Part shown: positions 1-11,181 of the stretch, in pieces | How the letters are laid out: every line of letters starts with the position of its first letter | Numbering within the stretch: position 1 is the first letter of the stretch | From: Tubiluchus corallicola | Taxonomy: Eukaryota; Animalia; Priapulida | Length of the DNA: 32,360 bases | Direction of reading: 5' to 3' | Assembly: GCA_030141605.1 (NCBI GenBank) | Contig: JAQGDQ010001314.1 | Coordinates: 1-32,360, forward strand | Made by a program: the position numbers and the translations under genes | Notes under the pieces: model-generated | The model's input: only the letters and a program-made list of their open reading frames with translations | The model's database searches: none | Told to the model about the DNA's origin: nothing

Positions 1-603
1 AAACATTTAGTAGACTGTTTACAAATATTTTTGTAACTTATGTTTTAACGTGTAGTAACAACAGTAATATTAACAATATTACATCCACATTATATATTAT
101 CGATTTTATTAAATTATTTTTTATTACAATATTTTATTACATATATTTTATTGTAAACATCTTGCGTAGCCTTTTTCGTAAACGTTGTGAAAAATCCGCA
201 TATGTACACGACTTGAGCCAATTAGTGAAGTTCGTTAATTACATACAAACTGTATTATGCAATGTACAATAAATAAAAATAATTACGATTTTCTATTAGT
301 TGGTCGTTTTTGTGTGCAAATTATGATCAAGCATCACAGTATAAAAGAATGATGACTCATTCACATTGAATTCGATGTAGATAATTTGCATTCGTTGTAT
401 CTATGTAACTATGTTGCTATAATGTAAATCAATTATGTCAACATAGCACAATCTATTATCTTTCTTCCTACCATTTCCACTAACACAGCCTTCTACCCTT
501 CCTGTGTGATCTAACCTTTCTCCCAGTTCTTTTTTTGTTCACTCATCCATTCTTTTTTTATCTGGTTCACATGACAGTGGGCTTATACAAGCCTTTGCTT
601 TTC

Positions 604-810
604 ACCATGAATTCAGTGTGGCTATTATCCCTGTGACTTTTATTCCTAGGCGAAATTGTGACTTTTAACCTGCCTCCATGAATTAATTGTGACAATTATC
701 TCTGTGACTTTTTTCCTAGGCGAAATTGTGATTTTTTTCTGCCTCCATGAATTAATTGTGACTATTATCCCTGTGACTTTTTTCCTAGGAGAAATTGTGA
801 CTTTTTGCTG
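604..810. repeat. 70-bp tandem repeat, ~3 units
   Basis: ATC(C/T)CTGTGACTTTT recurs with ~70-bp period; same monomer as 19755-21420. Confidence 0.9.
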
Positions 811-1202
811 TGGCTTCCGCAAACTGAAATGGGGCATGAGCGAAAATATGCGTAGACAAGCTCGGATTTATGACCCGGCACGTAATAGTTAGCAACTGGT
901 AAGGTCATTTTGACTAGCTGAAGATCATGGGGAAAAAACGTTAGTCGAACTGAATCGAGCCACGATCCATGATAGTTTCGAATCAATTACATTTTTATTT
1001 TAAGTACCGATGTAGAGGTGGGGACGCCTCCCTCATCCCGTAACTTCCAAGTAGCCTTAACATAAAATAATAATGAAAATACTGAGCATTTTATTCAGCA
1101 CAATATACAATACGAACATCAGTAAAATCATTGTAGTAGAACTAGTAGTAGAAAACCATCCCACTGCCTGCATTATACGACAAAAAACTTGTGAACAAAC
1201 AT

Positions 1203-1809
1203 CATCATCATCCAATGAATCACACGCCCAGTGACATGATTCTGCTCACCTCCCTATGCCAGGACTCCCTGCTCGCCGCAATGCCCCAAGGATCAATGCT
1301 GAAGTGTTTAAATATTTCTGTGCAAAATCTAAATATGTTAACATTTGTCCTCCTGCAGGTTTTTTAGCTGGTTCTATGGCTTGTTGAAGAGCTATCTTCA
1401 CTGGAATATCATCAGGTAGTCTAAGCATATGCCCAATCCATCTTAAACGGCGTCTTTTTATTTTTCTTGTCCATGGTTCTTCTTTTATTTTTTTATATAG
1501 ATCTTTGTTTGAAATTTTCTTTGACCATCTTAATACCCAAAATGTTATTGTAATTTCGCCTTTGAAACGCATCGATTTCAGCTTTATGATTTGCTTTTAA
1601 TTTTATCTTTTATTTTTATTTTTTTATATAGATCTTTGTTTGAAATTTTCTTTGACCATCTTAATACTCAAAATGTTTCTGTAATTTCGCCTTTGAAACA
1701 CATCGATTTCAGCTTTGTGATTTGCTTTTAATGTCCAGAGCTCAGAGTTTTACAGAAATACAGTTTCAACTAAGGCTGAGAATATTCTAAACAAATATGG
1801 CATTTTGGA
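1203..1809 (-). mobile_element. 5'-truncated RTE-clade LINE fragment, degenerate
   Basis: Minus-strand translation RIFSALVETVFL*NSELWTL...WSKKISNKDLY...IKRRRLRWIGHMLR matches the RTE ORF2 C-terminus; (ATG)n tail at ~1200-1211; absent from the paralogous site at 21867/21877; internal ~120-bp duplication (period 131). Confidence 0.85.
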
Positions 1810-2307
1810 GAAGAACATTTCCCAGTAAATAGGCGCACCGTGAGGGATCACAATAAAGCACCAACACATGATCTTCTTCTTGGTGCTGTCCAGAGCCATA
1901 CCAGTAGCCTCAATAAAAATTATTTATTAATGTTTTCTGTCTCAGAATTTGTGTTAATTTAACGCTTTTTGTGTAAATTATCATTGCAAAACTTGTATGG
2001 TCATAGTAAATCTATCAATAAATTCTAAAAAAACAAATCTAAATAAAGCCACCCCTGTCATCATGTCCACACGTCGCTGCAACGATGAAATTCAGTTCTG
2101 GGGGGTAAAGACATGCCGAGAAGTTGCAGATGTCAGATGATGATTTCCTACTTACATTAAATTCTTCGGGGACAGCCAACAGAAAAGTGTGTGCATGCCA
2201 AATTTCAGGACCTCCAAGAGAAATTTTACAAGGCCGTGCTAGACTCCTTTGGGCACTGAGGCAGGTAAAACATTTTCTTAAAACTGAGGATTTGATGTCA
2301 AATACAG

Positions 2308-2605
2308 TAGATGGCTACAGTTTTGATAAAGATCTAGAGTTAAGACAAGTTCAAATTTGATAATCTAATTCAATATGGTCTATCTTTTTAGGCTGTATGA
2401 AGGCAAGGCACCTAGATTGCTACAGTTTTGTTAAAGATCTAGGGGTAAGACGACTTCAAATATGATAATACACTTCAACATGGTCCATCTTTCTAGGCTG
2501 TATGAAGGCAAGGCACCTAGTTTGCTACAGTTTTGTTAAAGATCTAGTGTTAAGACAACTTCAAATTTGATAATACACTTCAACATGGTCCATATTTCTA
2601 GGCTG
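2308..2605. repeat. 105-bp minisatellite, ~2.8 units
   Basis: GGTC(T/C)AT motif at 2377, 2482, 2587. Confidence 0.9.
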
Positions 2606-3467
2606 AAAGTGACAGCGTGCACTTATGGACAACAAATTCTAGAAGCCAGCACAGGTGGCAGTAGTATTGTTTGTATAGTGGAAAAACTTCGACAAGCACC
2701 TAATACGTCGTCAAATAACTGAGGACGGATTTGGCTGATTAGGGGTCTATACAAAAATCCAATGCCAATAGAAAAGTATTTAAATCAGTGAGATTTATAA
2801 TCTTATTCAGTATACTTCTTGCAACTATCTGCTTCTGCAAGAACACTACTGGAGTGAAGAAGTCAAGTACCTGTCGGCTAATGTTAAGTTTATTAATTTG
2901 ATGTATTCCCAAATGGGCATTAAAATGAAAGTACCATATACCATATTTATCATAACACTAATGCGCATACTGCATAGAAATCATATGGTTGATTACTTCT
3001 AATAATTTTTAAATGGAAATTTGTAGATCAGAAAATCCATTTCATGTAAATAAGCCATGTAAAGCCAAAAATGGATTATTATGTAAAATAAATTTAATAA
3101 ACTAAACTAAACTAAATAGTATTAAACGGAATGCTACTATATAATGAAATGGCCAAACGAAGTATATTTTATGAATTTTATTATAGCAGTTTAAATAACA
3201 ATGGCACATTGTGTCTACTATTCTGTACACGTAATATTTATAAAGTATATAGGCCTATAATTCGATGTATTGTAGCAAAACTTTGTCATAAGCCACAAGA
3301 AGTACGCATAAACGTTATCAAAGCATAGCGGATATTACATTCTTTATGCTATTTAACTATACTGCATCACACACACATTTGCATAACTAAAGAGTTACCG
3401 TTGTTATATTAGTGTTACATTTAGGCTTGCAAATACGAGTTTAATTTAAGCATTGTCTCTTAATAGT

Positions 3468-3738
3468 TTAATTTAAGTATTGTCTCTTAATTATTTTGTA
3501 CACTTCATAAATTAATATTGTAAATATATTATACAGTAAATACAGTGCCCATACATGTCTAAATGCATGTATATGCGGACCATAATAAATTTCTGTTTTG
3601 CAATTGTGGCAATACTTGAAGTCCGGCCACTTGATGGCGCTCTTCTTTCTACGTAAAACAGGCGGCAACGGTGGTGGCAAATAGTCTGTTTTAGCCACTC
3701 GCGCATTTACACCTCGAGTAACCAGCCGAACAACACAG
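3468..3738 (-). CDS. PVF probable terminal coding exon (Pro/basic then hydrophobic tail)
   Basis: Strong acceptor tttcttcttttgtttag, phase 2; the join gives C-S-C, completing the last Cys repeat; frame open for 89 further codons to the stop at 3468-3470. The 3' end is less certain. Confidence 0.65.
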
Positions 3739-6700
3739 CTAAACAAAAGAAGAAATATTAAAATAAAATAAATGTTTAATGCTCGAAGATATATTGGCAT
3801 ATTACAAACATTGTGGGTTTTCCCTAATAATAAAAATAGTTCTGAACACACATGCGCATAAGCACTGATTGTATCAGAGTGATTTAAATAATTATATTGC
3901 AAGGCTCAAATGAACGTGAACGCCAACCTTAATCCTATAAGCTCATACGAATATGAATGCAGATTTAAAGCTTAAAATTAAGACATTCATGCTGGAATAA
4001 AAGTAGTTTCAATTTTACTGCTTAAAAGTAATGAGTAATATGTTGCCAGCTTTAAAGCCAAGGGTTCAGATAAATGTGAAAACTGTTTTATAAACGTAAA
4101 TGGATTTTTAAAGCGTGCGACATGCAGGCAACAGAAGTGAGCTCAATGTCAAACTTGCTCTACAGCATTTTAAATTGTACCGAAGCACCATGCACACATG
4201 CAGTGCAGGTTGAGCATGCACAAGAAGAAAGTCGAAGTCATAAAATGTACTAAAAACTCGGTATTAACGTTTGAATGCCATCACATGTTTGGATAGCACA
4301 ATAGTAGTATTAATTGTTGTTAGCCTTAGTGTAGCAATACAATGTAATTTCATGTTGTAAATTTGCTGACGCTCTGCAACTACAGCCACCGCACACGAGC
4401 CAAAATCTGTGTGCAGCAACTTGTACGACACAAATTTTTTGCTCGTGCTGCTGACTAACCAGACTAAGCGCTGATTTACCAATTTTGCTCACGCTTATAC
4501 ACTTTTTGCATAGCCAGTAGAAAGCTACATGCAGTTCCAACTTCCAATAATACAAAGTTACTATGTAAGTTCTAAATTAAAATCTTGTAAATCTAAAAAT
4601 AGAAGTTTTACTCCCTTCCTACCAAAAGAGAATAGAGTCATGCAGATGCTGCCATTCTTGGCGCTGAAAGCAAAAAAAATCACACAGTAAAAATGTGATA
4701 GACATGTGGTAACGTTTAAAAACAAATTAAACAAAGAATTAATTAAAGAAAGAGAAGAGAGACAGAGAATTAAATGTTTGCCTGCCATATACGAAGTTTT
4801 GACAAGAAGGTCACTTTAACTTTCATGTGGTCAGTTTTATCTTATATTATTACTGTAACCTGTTCTTACTTACCTGCAAGCGCTTTTAATGTAATATCGA
4901 CCAGCGGGACATATTTCTCCAAATGGGCATTTACATTTACAGTGAGTTGGGTCCCATCTTTGTCTTTCTGTACAGTAGTTTGCATCTTCAATGTTGGGAC
5001 ACATGCATTGACAGTCTTTGTAGATCTGAAACACATAAAAAAAATTTGAAGTTTTAGGCATTATGCTAATCACGTTTACTCGGTTATTTTACTAAAACTT
5101 TTATTCTAGACAGTTTTTGCAAAAGAGTTCAGTATTTACTGACTCGCACAATTTAAACTTGAGTGACTGCTCTTAGCCAATGTGTTGCTTTTTTCCTGCT
5201 TTACCAATTTTAGTCAGAAATATTCCGGAAAAATTGCAATTTCTACAATTTAGTTTACAAACTTTCTTTGAATTTCTTTTTATAATTGCATGAACAATAA
5301 AGCTCTTGCAACCCATTTATTGTGAAGTCCATAACAGTCATCGCGCGACATAGACATTGCAATTAAAATCATATAGATTTGTATATTAAGTTGCAGAAAG
5401 TATAAATGCAAAACAACAGAGGGCGATCCACTAGGAACCTAAACAAGTTACAGTTTCCAAAGAGTCAATGACATAGGCGAGGGATGCAAAATAATAACCT
5501 GATACGACGTACAGTCTTCTGGACTCTTCCTGCAAACACAGTCACATTGAGTATGGTTTTGCAATGTCAAAACTTCTAAACCTTCTGGGATAAAAGAGGA
5601 AGCATTGTATGATGGATATCTCACTTTATACACCTGCATGAAACACAAAATATTTAATTAGAATGACAGTGCCGGGAATAATAGTCTAGTAGCTAGCGTT
5701 AACGAATTTTCGTGGTTCATATGAATGATGACGAGAACAGTGATGAAGCACAAGACAATGCTGAATGCTCTACAAATGTTCGTTGTTTGTACGTTATATA
5801 AAGCATCTTGGAGGAAAACAGTTTATTAGTTATGACTAAATTAAATGACATGTCTCTTTAAATTTGAAAGGAATGTCAAAATTGCCTCAGTCATTGAATT
5901 CAAATTTGTCTTAGTCCTATCACTCCTACGTGACTCTGATTCCGTATTAACTTGTGACACTTTGATACATGCACGTCATATACATAGCCATTATTATGCA
6001 TACATAATTACATGACTTAATAGTTCAATAATGGCGGCAACCATTCCTACTATACGTACGATCAGTCCGACGATGGTATGTCCAGCATGTACCATACCAC
6101 ATGATACCACCTGAGATACTACTTGTTTCAAATTTAACGTACTCTGCAGCTTATGACTACAAATACCGGCTTAATTTTAACATCCCAAGAACATAATTAT
6201 ATGTTACCCGGCGACGCACTGACTCCTGAAGCACAGGTATGCAATCTACTAAGTTCCGTCCGATGCTGTCAATGCAACAACCACCGCACTGATGCAGCTC
6301 TGTACAGGGTGGCCAGTACATCAGAGAAATATCCTGGGGTTGTGGTAACATAACCGGCATAAGACGAGGCTGACAGCTCGCTTTCTCCACAATAGGGTAC
6401 AACTCTATAAGATAACCATGAACAAAAACTTGTAAAATAAATTTTAAATGTGCAAAACCCAATGTTTTTCTGCTTTGTCATCAAAAACCTTATTATACAC
6501 AAAAACTGAAACTTCTCATTTGATGAACAAGTTATTCTAAGATCCTGTAGACACGTGTGTACGCCAGTCCATAATTCGCTTGTGAAAGGAATATAAGCGC
6601 CATGTGCCGTGGTAATCATTTTTTATTCTATTTAAATCGTTTAAGTGCGGTTACTTACCGAAATTGAAAAAAATTCCATTCCTTTTGCAATCAGCCCTGT

Positions 6701-9681
6701 CCGGCACGTCGGGTTCATGTTAACCTGAGACCTCCGAGGAAGTCCAGTTTTATAACTATTGTTTAGAAATCATTAACATCCTTGTACACGTCTTTGGAAC
6801 TTCCGAGTACGTTCCTGTTCAGAATTAAAAAAAATTATAAAAGTATAAAATTATAGCTACACACCATCTTGATGTGTCCTAGGTTGGGCCTCACTGCTCT
6901 TGTAGGTGGTATAGACGCGCCCTCTGGAAATGAACTCCTCCTTCAACTCTGTTGGTGAGTCGTAGTCGTGTGACTGATCCAGATCGTCTGTTATGTCTGA
7001 AATTGGATGAGCAGTTTTTAAGCTTTAACCTTCTAATAAACTGTTTTGTTAATTAACTGGTAGGAAGCAACCTTTTAGACACCCAGTTTACCAAAGAAGC
7101 TCTACTTCCCTCCTGGCCCCATACATAGCATCCAGATTTGCACCCCCAAATCAGCTTTATCACTATTTTTCTGTATACACGGTAATGACGGTCTATCTTT
7201 CTTGCTAGTGAAGCCTATTATACTATATGCAATTATAATTATTACTATAATTATATTGTTTGCCACTTTGTTGTCTTACTAATGAAGTTATACAGACTAC
7301 TACCCGTCTGTAGACTTATAGAATGACTTGAACAAACTGGAAAAGTTGATTTGTAGCCAAAAGTAAAGAGCAAAGAGGAGTTTCGCCAAAAACCAAGGAC
7401 GATTACAGAATTAAAATTCATTAAATTAAAAGTTAGAATTAATGCAGAAACAAAACATCAAGGAATGCATTCAGAATCATGGTATGTTTATTTATTTTGT
7501 TTTGCACTTTACTGCTGAAGCATGGTTACAAATTTTCCGTTTACGAAAGTAAATTGATATTATTTGCAATATTGATATTGATAATTAATAAATTGATATT
7601 AATTTTCAAATTCTTGAAACTAGTGAGTCATCATGACTAGCCTTTCAGACTATTCAAGAACTAGAAAATTCGATTATGACACGAAATTTTTCTTGATAAT
7701 TTGCTGCTGAGCAAGCTATACACAGATAGTCTCTTGCTTGAAAAAATGTTATTTGCAAGTTTTACGAAATGGTGTTCCGTTTGAGCACTGATAGAATGCG
7801 GCACAATCGTTTGGGTCCGGAAAGTAACTGTTCCGTTTTGGGCATACGAAATGCTTTGGACGTATGGTTGGTATCGGTGTTGTCCTTGTCGAAGAATAGC
7901 AAAAATTTTGTCTCAGTTTTTCAGAACGATCTGCAAAAGCTTCGGTTTTTTATAAAAAATCGTCGTGAAATACACATTGTACTGTTCAAAAATACTTTTG
8001 TTTTATTGACTTTGACCTGGTAGGCTTAGAAACTTACAACATAGAACTTGATGATAGAAAGCTTTTCCACGACATTCTTTATACCGTGAAAACTGTCTAA
8101 CGGATTGTTGTAATCAAGTATTCGTTAATGCAGAACTATCACATAAAAATTACGTGCGTAAATAAATTTATAGCCTCTCACAAAATATGTACGCATAAAA
8201 ATAAAATTGCAAAAAGATAAGTATTACGAAACAAGCCTTTGTAAATACAGTAATTAGCCCTATCGTAAATAAATTTTGATACATCACATTACATAGAATG
8301 AACGTCTTCCATTAGGCGCAAACTATAAACGATCGATTTTATAAAAAAAATGTGCAATATAAACTTTTCTACGTTTACGTAGCATGCGGATGCGTTTTCC
8401 CTCGCGGAACAACTGCGGAATAGCTGCGGAAAAAATCAGTAGGAAATTGCTGCAGGAAAAGGAAACGCATACGCAGGCAATAAACGGGTGCATTGAAAAC
8501 AATAAAACCGATTTTATCTTTTCCGTATCCTCCAAAGGGCATCCGCAAACTACATAAACGCCACTTTTAACAGGAAATGCACTTTATAGGAAGATATACA
8601 TCATGTGAAAAAAAGGAAGAAAAAATTGTTTAAATTTAAATAGATTAAACTTCCTTAATCCCTTTGTAACCAAGAAATATTAGCGGAAATATTACAAAAT
8701 GTTCTGTATAGATTCTGGGGAAAGCTAGAAATGTATAATTTAGTTTCGACCTAGTAATTTCAACATTACATACTGAGAAAGCGTAAAAATAAAGAGAGAT
8801 GACTGTTAGATAGAAATTAGCTGAAACAAACTTTGTACCTTGTGCTGAGCTAAAACTCCGCTATTTTCCTCTGCATCAGCTCTCAAAATTTGACGCAGAA
8901 AAGTGGTGCAGTACCGAATGAAACGTACTACTGACCATGAAGCAAAAAGTGCGACTTACTCCTTCCTTCGAATGAATCAGTTGACAGATTTAGTCCTGGC
9001 TGAATGAATCTGGTAAAAAAATCGTCAGCGTTTTTCACATCTTTCAGTGCAATCCTTAAACTTGCCGGAATCTACAAAATTACATCCTGTTCACAGTAAG
9101 ATATATTGCAAATCATATCAGAATATTCAGCTCAAATAAGCATGATCTGTATGTCCTGAATTTTACTTCATTATACAATGTGTATTGTATTTCATTAAAC
9201 TATCCTTATTTGCTTATACGTAAGTGTATTTCATTATATTTCGTTATATTTCATTTCTGTATTACATGAAAACTATTAAAGTGCAAACAATGTAGCATGT
9301 AGGTCCTACCCGTAATATATATATTAACGTATAACGAGTTAATGTAGTAAATACTTAATTGAGCCAGGTGTAAAAATTGATCAAACTAAATATGTACGAA
9401 ATTTGATAGCAAAATTCTTACAAATGCGGAACCACTCATTGTACACGTACCTTACGTGGAGGAGGCATTGATTCGTAACTGTGCGCTTGTATTTGTCCAA
9501 ATGCTGCCGAAGGCATCTCATCGTCGAAAAATTCAGGCTCCGCCCTATACACATTTACCCCATCATTATTGGCGTTAACTCTAATGGAACTTGTGTCAAC
9601 TGTAGACGAAACTCTGCAGACGACAGTGTTGAAAGTCAACGAGCTGCACACTGCTATATATAATAAAAACTGAGCAGCCAT
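3468..9681 (-). CDS. PDGF/VEGF-family growth factor (PVF-like) precursor, 7 coding exons, ~409 aa
   Basis: Exons 9681-9451, 9071-8960, 6996-6865, 6404-6208, 5633-5499, 5025-4874 and 3738-3468 are all GT-AG with matching phases (0,1,1,0,0,2); total 1230 nt. The product has a hydrophobic signal peptide, all 8 cystine-knot Cys (SCQPR...WPPCTELHQCGGCC...DC...HTQCDC) and CXCXC repeats as in VEGF-C/D and invertebrate PVFs. Confidence 0.9.
4874..5025 (-). CDS. PVF coding exon 6 (CXCXC repeats)
   Basis: gtgtttcag|IYKDCQCMCPNIEDANYCTERQRWDPTHCKCKCPFGEICPAGRYYIKSAC+AG|gtaagt. Confidence 0.9.
5499..5633 (-). CDS. PVF coding exon 5 (C-half of cystine knot)
   Basis: tttcatgcag|VYKVRYPSYNASSFIPEGLEVLTLQNHTQCDCVCRKSPEDCTSYQ|gttatt; NHTxCxC motif of the PDGF/VEGF family. 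Confidence 0.92.
6208..6404 (-). CDS. PVF coding exon 4 (N-half of PDGF/VEGF homology domain)
   Basis: cttatag|(E)LYPIVEKASCQPRLMPVMLPQPQDISLMYWPPCTELHQCGGCCIDSIGRNLVDCIPVLQESVRRR|gtaaca; contains the PDGF signature PPC-x5-CGGCC. Confidence 0.93.
6865..6996 (-). CDS. PVF coding exon 3 (acidic linker)
   Basis: aatttcag|(N)ITDDLDQSHDYDSPTELKEEFISRGRVYTTYKSSEAQPRTHQD+G|gtgtgt; 132 nt, phase 1-1, open frame; donor is weak. Confidence 0.65.
8372..8560. mobile_element. Small inverted-repeat (MITE-like) element in a PVF intron
   Basis: CGTTTACGTAGCATGCGGATGC (8372-8393) is a 19/22 inverted match to 8539-8560; internal TGCGGA reiterations; no TSD identified. Confidence 0.5.
8960..9071 (-). CDS. PVF coding exon 2 (propeptide)
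   Basis: ttttgtag|IPASLRIALKDVKNADDFFTRFIQPGLNLSTDSFEGR+A|gtaagt; resembles the PDGF propeptide helix (IP..L...L.......D..R); not in the ORF track. Confidence 0.8.
9451..9681 (-). CDS. PVF coding exon 1 (signal peptide)
   Basis: MAAQFLLYIAVCSSLTFNTVVC...MPPPRK; donor AAG|GTACGT, phase 0; strong acceptor 25 nt upstream of the ATG (exon starts at 9706). Confidence 0.8.
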
Positions 9682-9706
9682 CTTTCGTAGCAAGTTCCTT
9701 CTCGAT

Positions 9707-9974
9707 CTAAGGAGTGAAAAAAGAGTTGAAAATGGCTTTTCCCAAAATAGGTTTAAACAACTGGAGGCAGATAACTTAATTGCTCGAAAAATATACGCGA
9801 GAAAAATATGCACACAATAGGTAGCTTAACAATTATTATTTTAAAAAATTGTGTAACATTTGTATGTCTTAACGTAGATCCAAAATTTTGTCATTTGATT
9901 CAATGCAGAGCTCTGCGTCAATAAATTTGGATTTTTAACGCGAAGTTTGATACATTTCGCTGCATAATAATTAC
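9707..9974 (-). other. Probable 5'UTR intron of the PVF gene
   Basis: Donor AAG|GTAATT at 9975/9974 and acceptor ctcttttttcactccttag| at 9707, just before the ATG exon. Confidence 0.5.
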
Positions 9975-10682
9975 CTTCACGCCAAAAAGTTAAGCAAAAC
10001 TGTAATTTCTCAAGCTTATTTGTTTTTTACGTTTTCCAGCACAACTTACAGTAATCAACTACAAAATGACATTAAATGACAATGTGTAAAGAAAGTTGTT
10101 TGCAAATAATATGCCTATAGCACAAAAAGTCGAGCATGTGCAACTTAAAATAACATGTCCTTACAACGTACGCTGGTAATTATCCAAAATTATAAGCAAA
10201 TTTTGCTCGCAGGCGAAGTACACACTAGTTTCCTAGTTTTGCTTTGTGCACCGAACCTTCCTATAGATAACGCGGTCTCCAGGTCATGTCACACTCGTGA
10301 AGTCTGCAGGTTATATGTAAGAAATTGATACACTAAGGGCAGATTCATCTGCAGAAACAAAGGTTGCAAGATAACTATTCTAACAATACTACTGCATGTG
10401 TTTTTATTAGCTGTTGGGCGACTTTTGAAAGTGGTTCACGATGTCAACTAGCTTTCTCACAGGGTTGCTTATTTAAAAACGGCATGGTTTGTGTATAGTT
10501 TTATTACTACAACCATCGTGGGATGGCTGCTTCCTTGTTTAAGGCCTGAGCTCTCCCTTCCAGATACTACTATTCCCCTTATAACGAGGTTTCTTGGATC
10601 AGTTTTCCTAGAAGTAAACAGTGACGTTTTAAGAGTAAAATTATTAGGTTGGTTGTATAGTGGTAGTACGTGTGTATAGCGA

Positions 10683-11181
10683 TGTGTGTAGCTGTTTATG
10701 AACGTTTGAGTAATGGCAAAGCTATTAAGACTCTGTTTTTCGAAATAACACTTTTATTAAATAACATCACAATATAATAAATGTATAGCAATGCCAAGGC
10801 CCGTGATCTACAAGAGACGTCCTGTGTGTAAGTGTGAAGTGTTACCCAGCTCTCCTGCTAGCTGGTGTCACGGCAGTCTGACAAATGGGTCAGTTCTACG
10901 CCCACGTCGTCACGTGACACCACTCCTTAAGATTTCCTTATTTGGCTTGGCTTCATGAATACTCTTCTTAGCATAATTATTTGACATTTAGCATATTTTA
11001 ACAGGTTCTCTTTACTTTTAAGTTTGTTTTGTGGCTAATAAGTACTTGTGAGAAAAGTAACTGTTTGCCTGCGCCAGATGTTGTTTGGCAAATTCCTTGA
11101 TTTTGCGATTCTGTTTTACTCATGTTATTGGTGAGGTTTCATACTTTCAAGATTCATCTCCTTTGTAGCTGGCCAACCACA
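10683..11181 (-). mobile_element. Diverged LTR-like element related to the 27050-27523 solo LTR
   Basis: Collinear shared motifs: TGTGTGxAGCT, ATGGCAAAxCTAT, TTTATT, AATGCCAA, TGATCTA, CACTCCTTAA, TGGCTTCAT, AGCATAATTAT, TTAACAGGT. The right end and TSD are not resolved. Confidence 0.55.

Larger units (their letters stand above)
1..2605. repeat. Duplicated segment, copy 1 (direct repeat of ~18825-23920; runs off the window edge)
   Basis: Near-identical blocks: 1-433~18825-19264; 817-1202~21482-21867; 1810-2300~21877-22357; both copies carry the 70-bp and 105-bp arrays. Confidence 0.9.

Noticed and set aside
646-986. Short ORFs repeated at 21310-21651
   Set aside because: Derived from the satellite and duplicated flank; no recognisable domain, and indels between copies change the frames.
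6659-6814. Possible extra PVF exon (acceptor gaacag, donor CG|GTAAGT)
   Set aside because: All three frames from that acceptor hit stops, and exon 3 (phase 1) already joins exon 4 in frame.
8839-8870. Possible 32-nt PVF micro-exon
   Set aside because: Poor polypyrimidine tract, and it would break phase with exon 3.
9682-9813. Upstream in-frame extension of ORF 9436-9813
   Set aside because: A strong splice acceptor at 9707 and a signal peptide starting at 9681 indicate the extension is intron/UTR.
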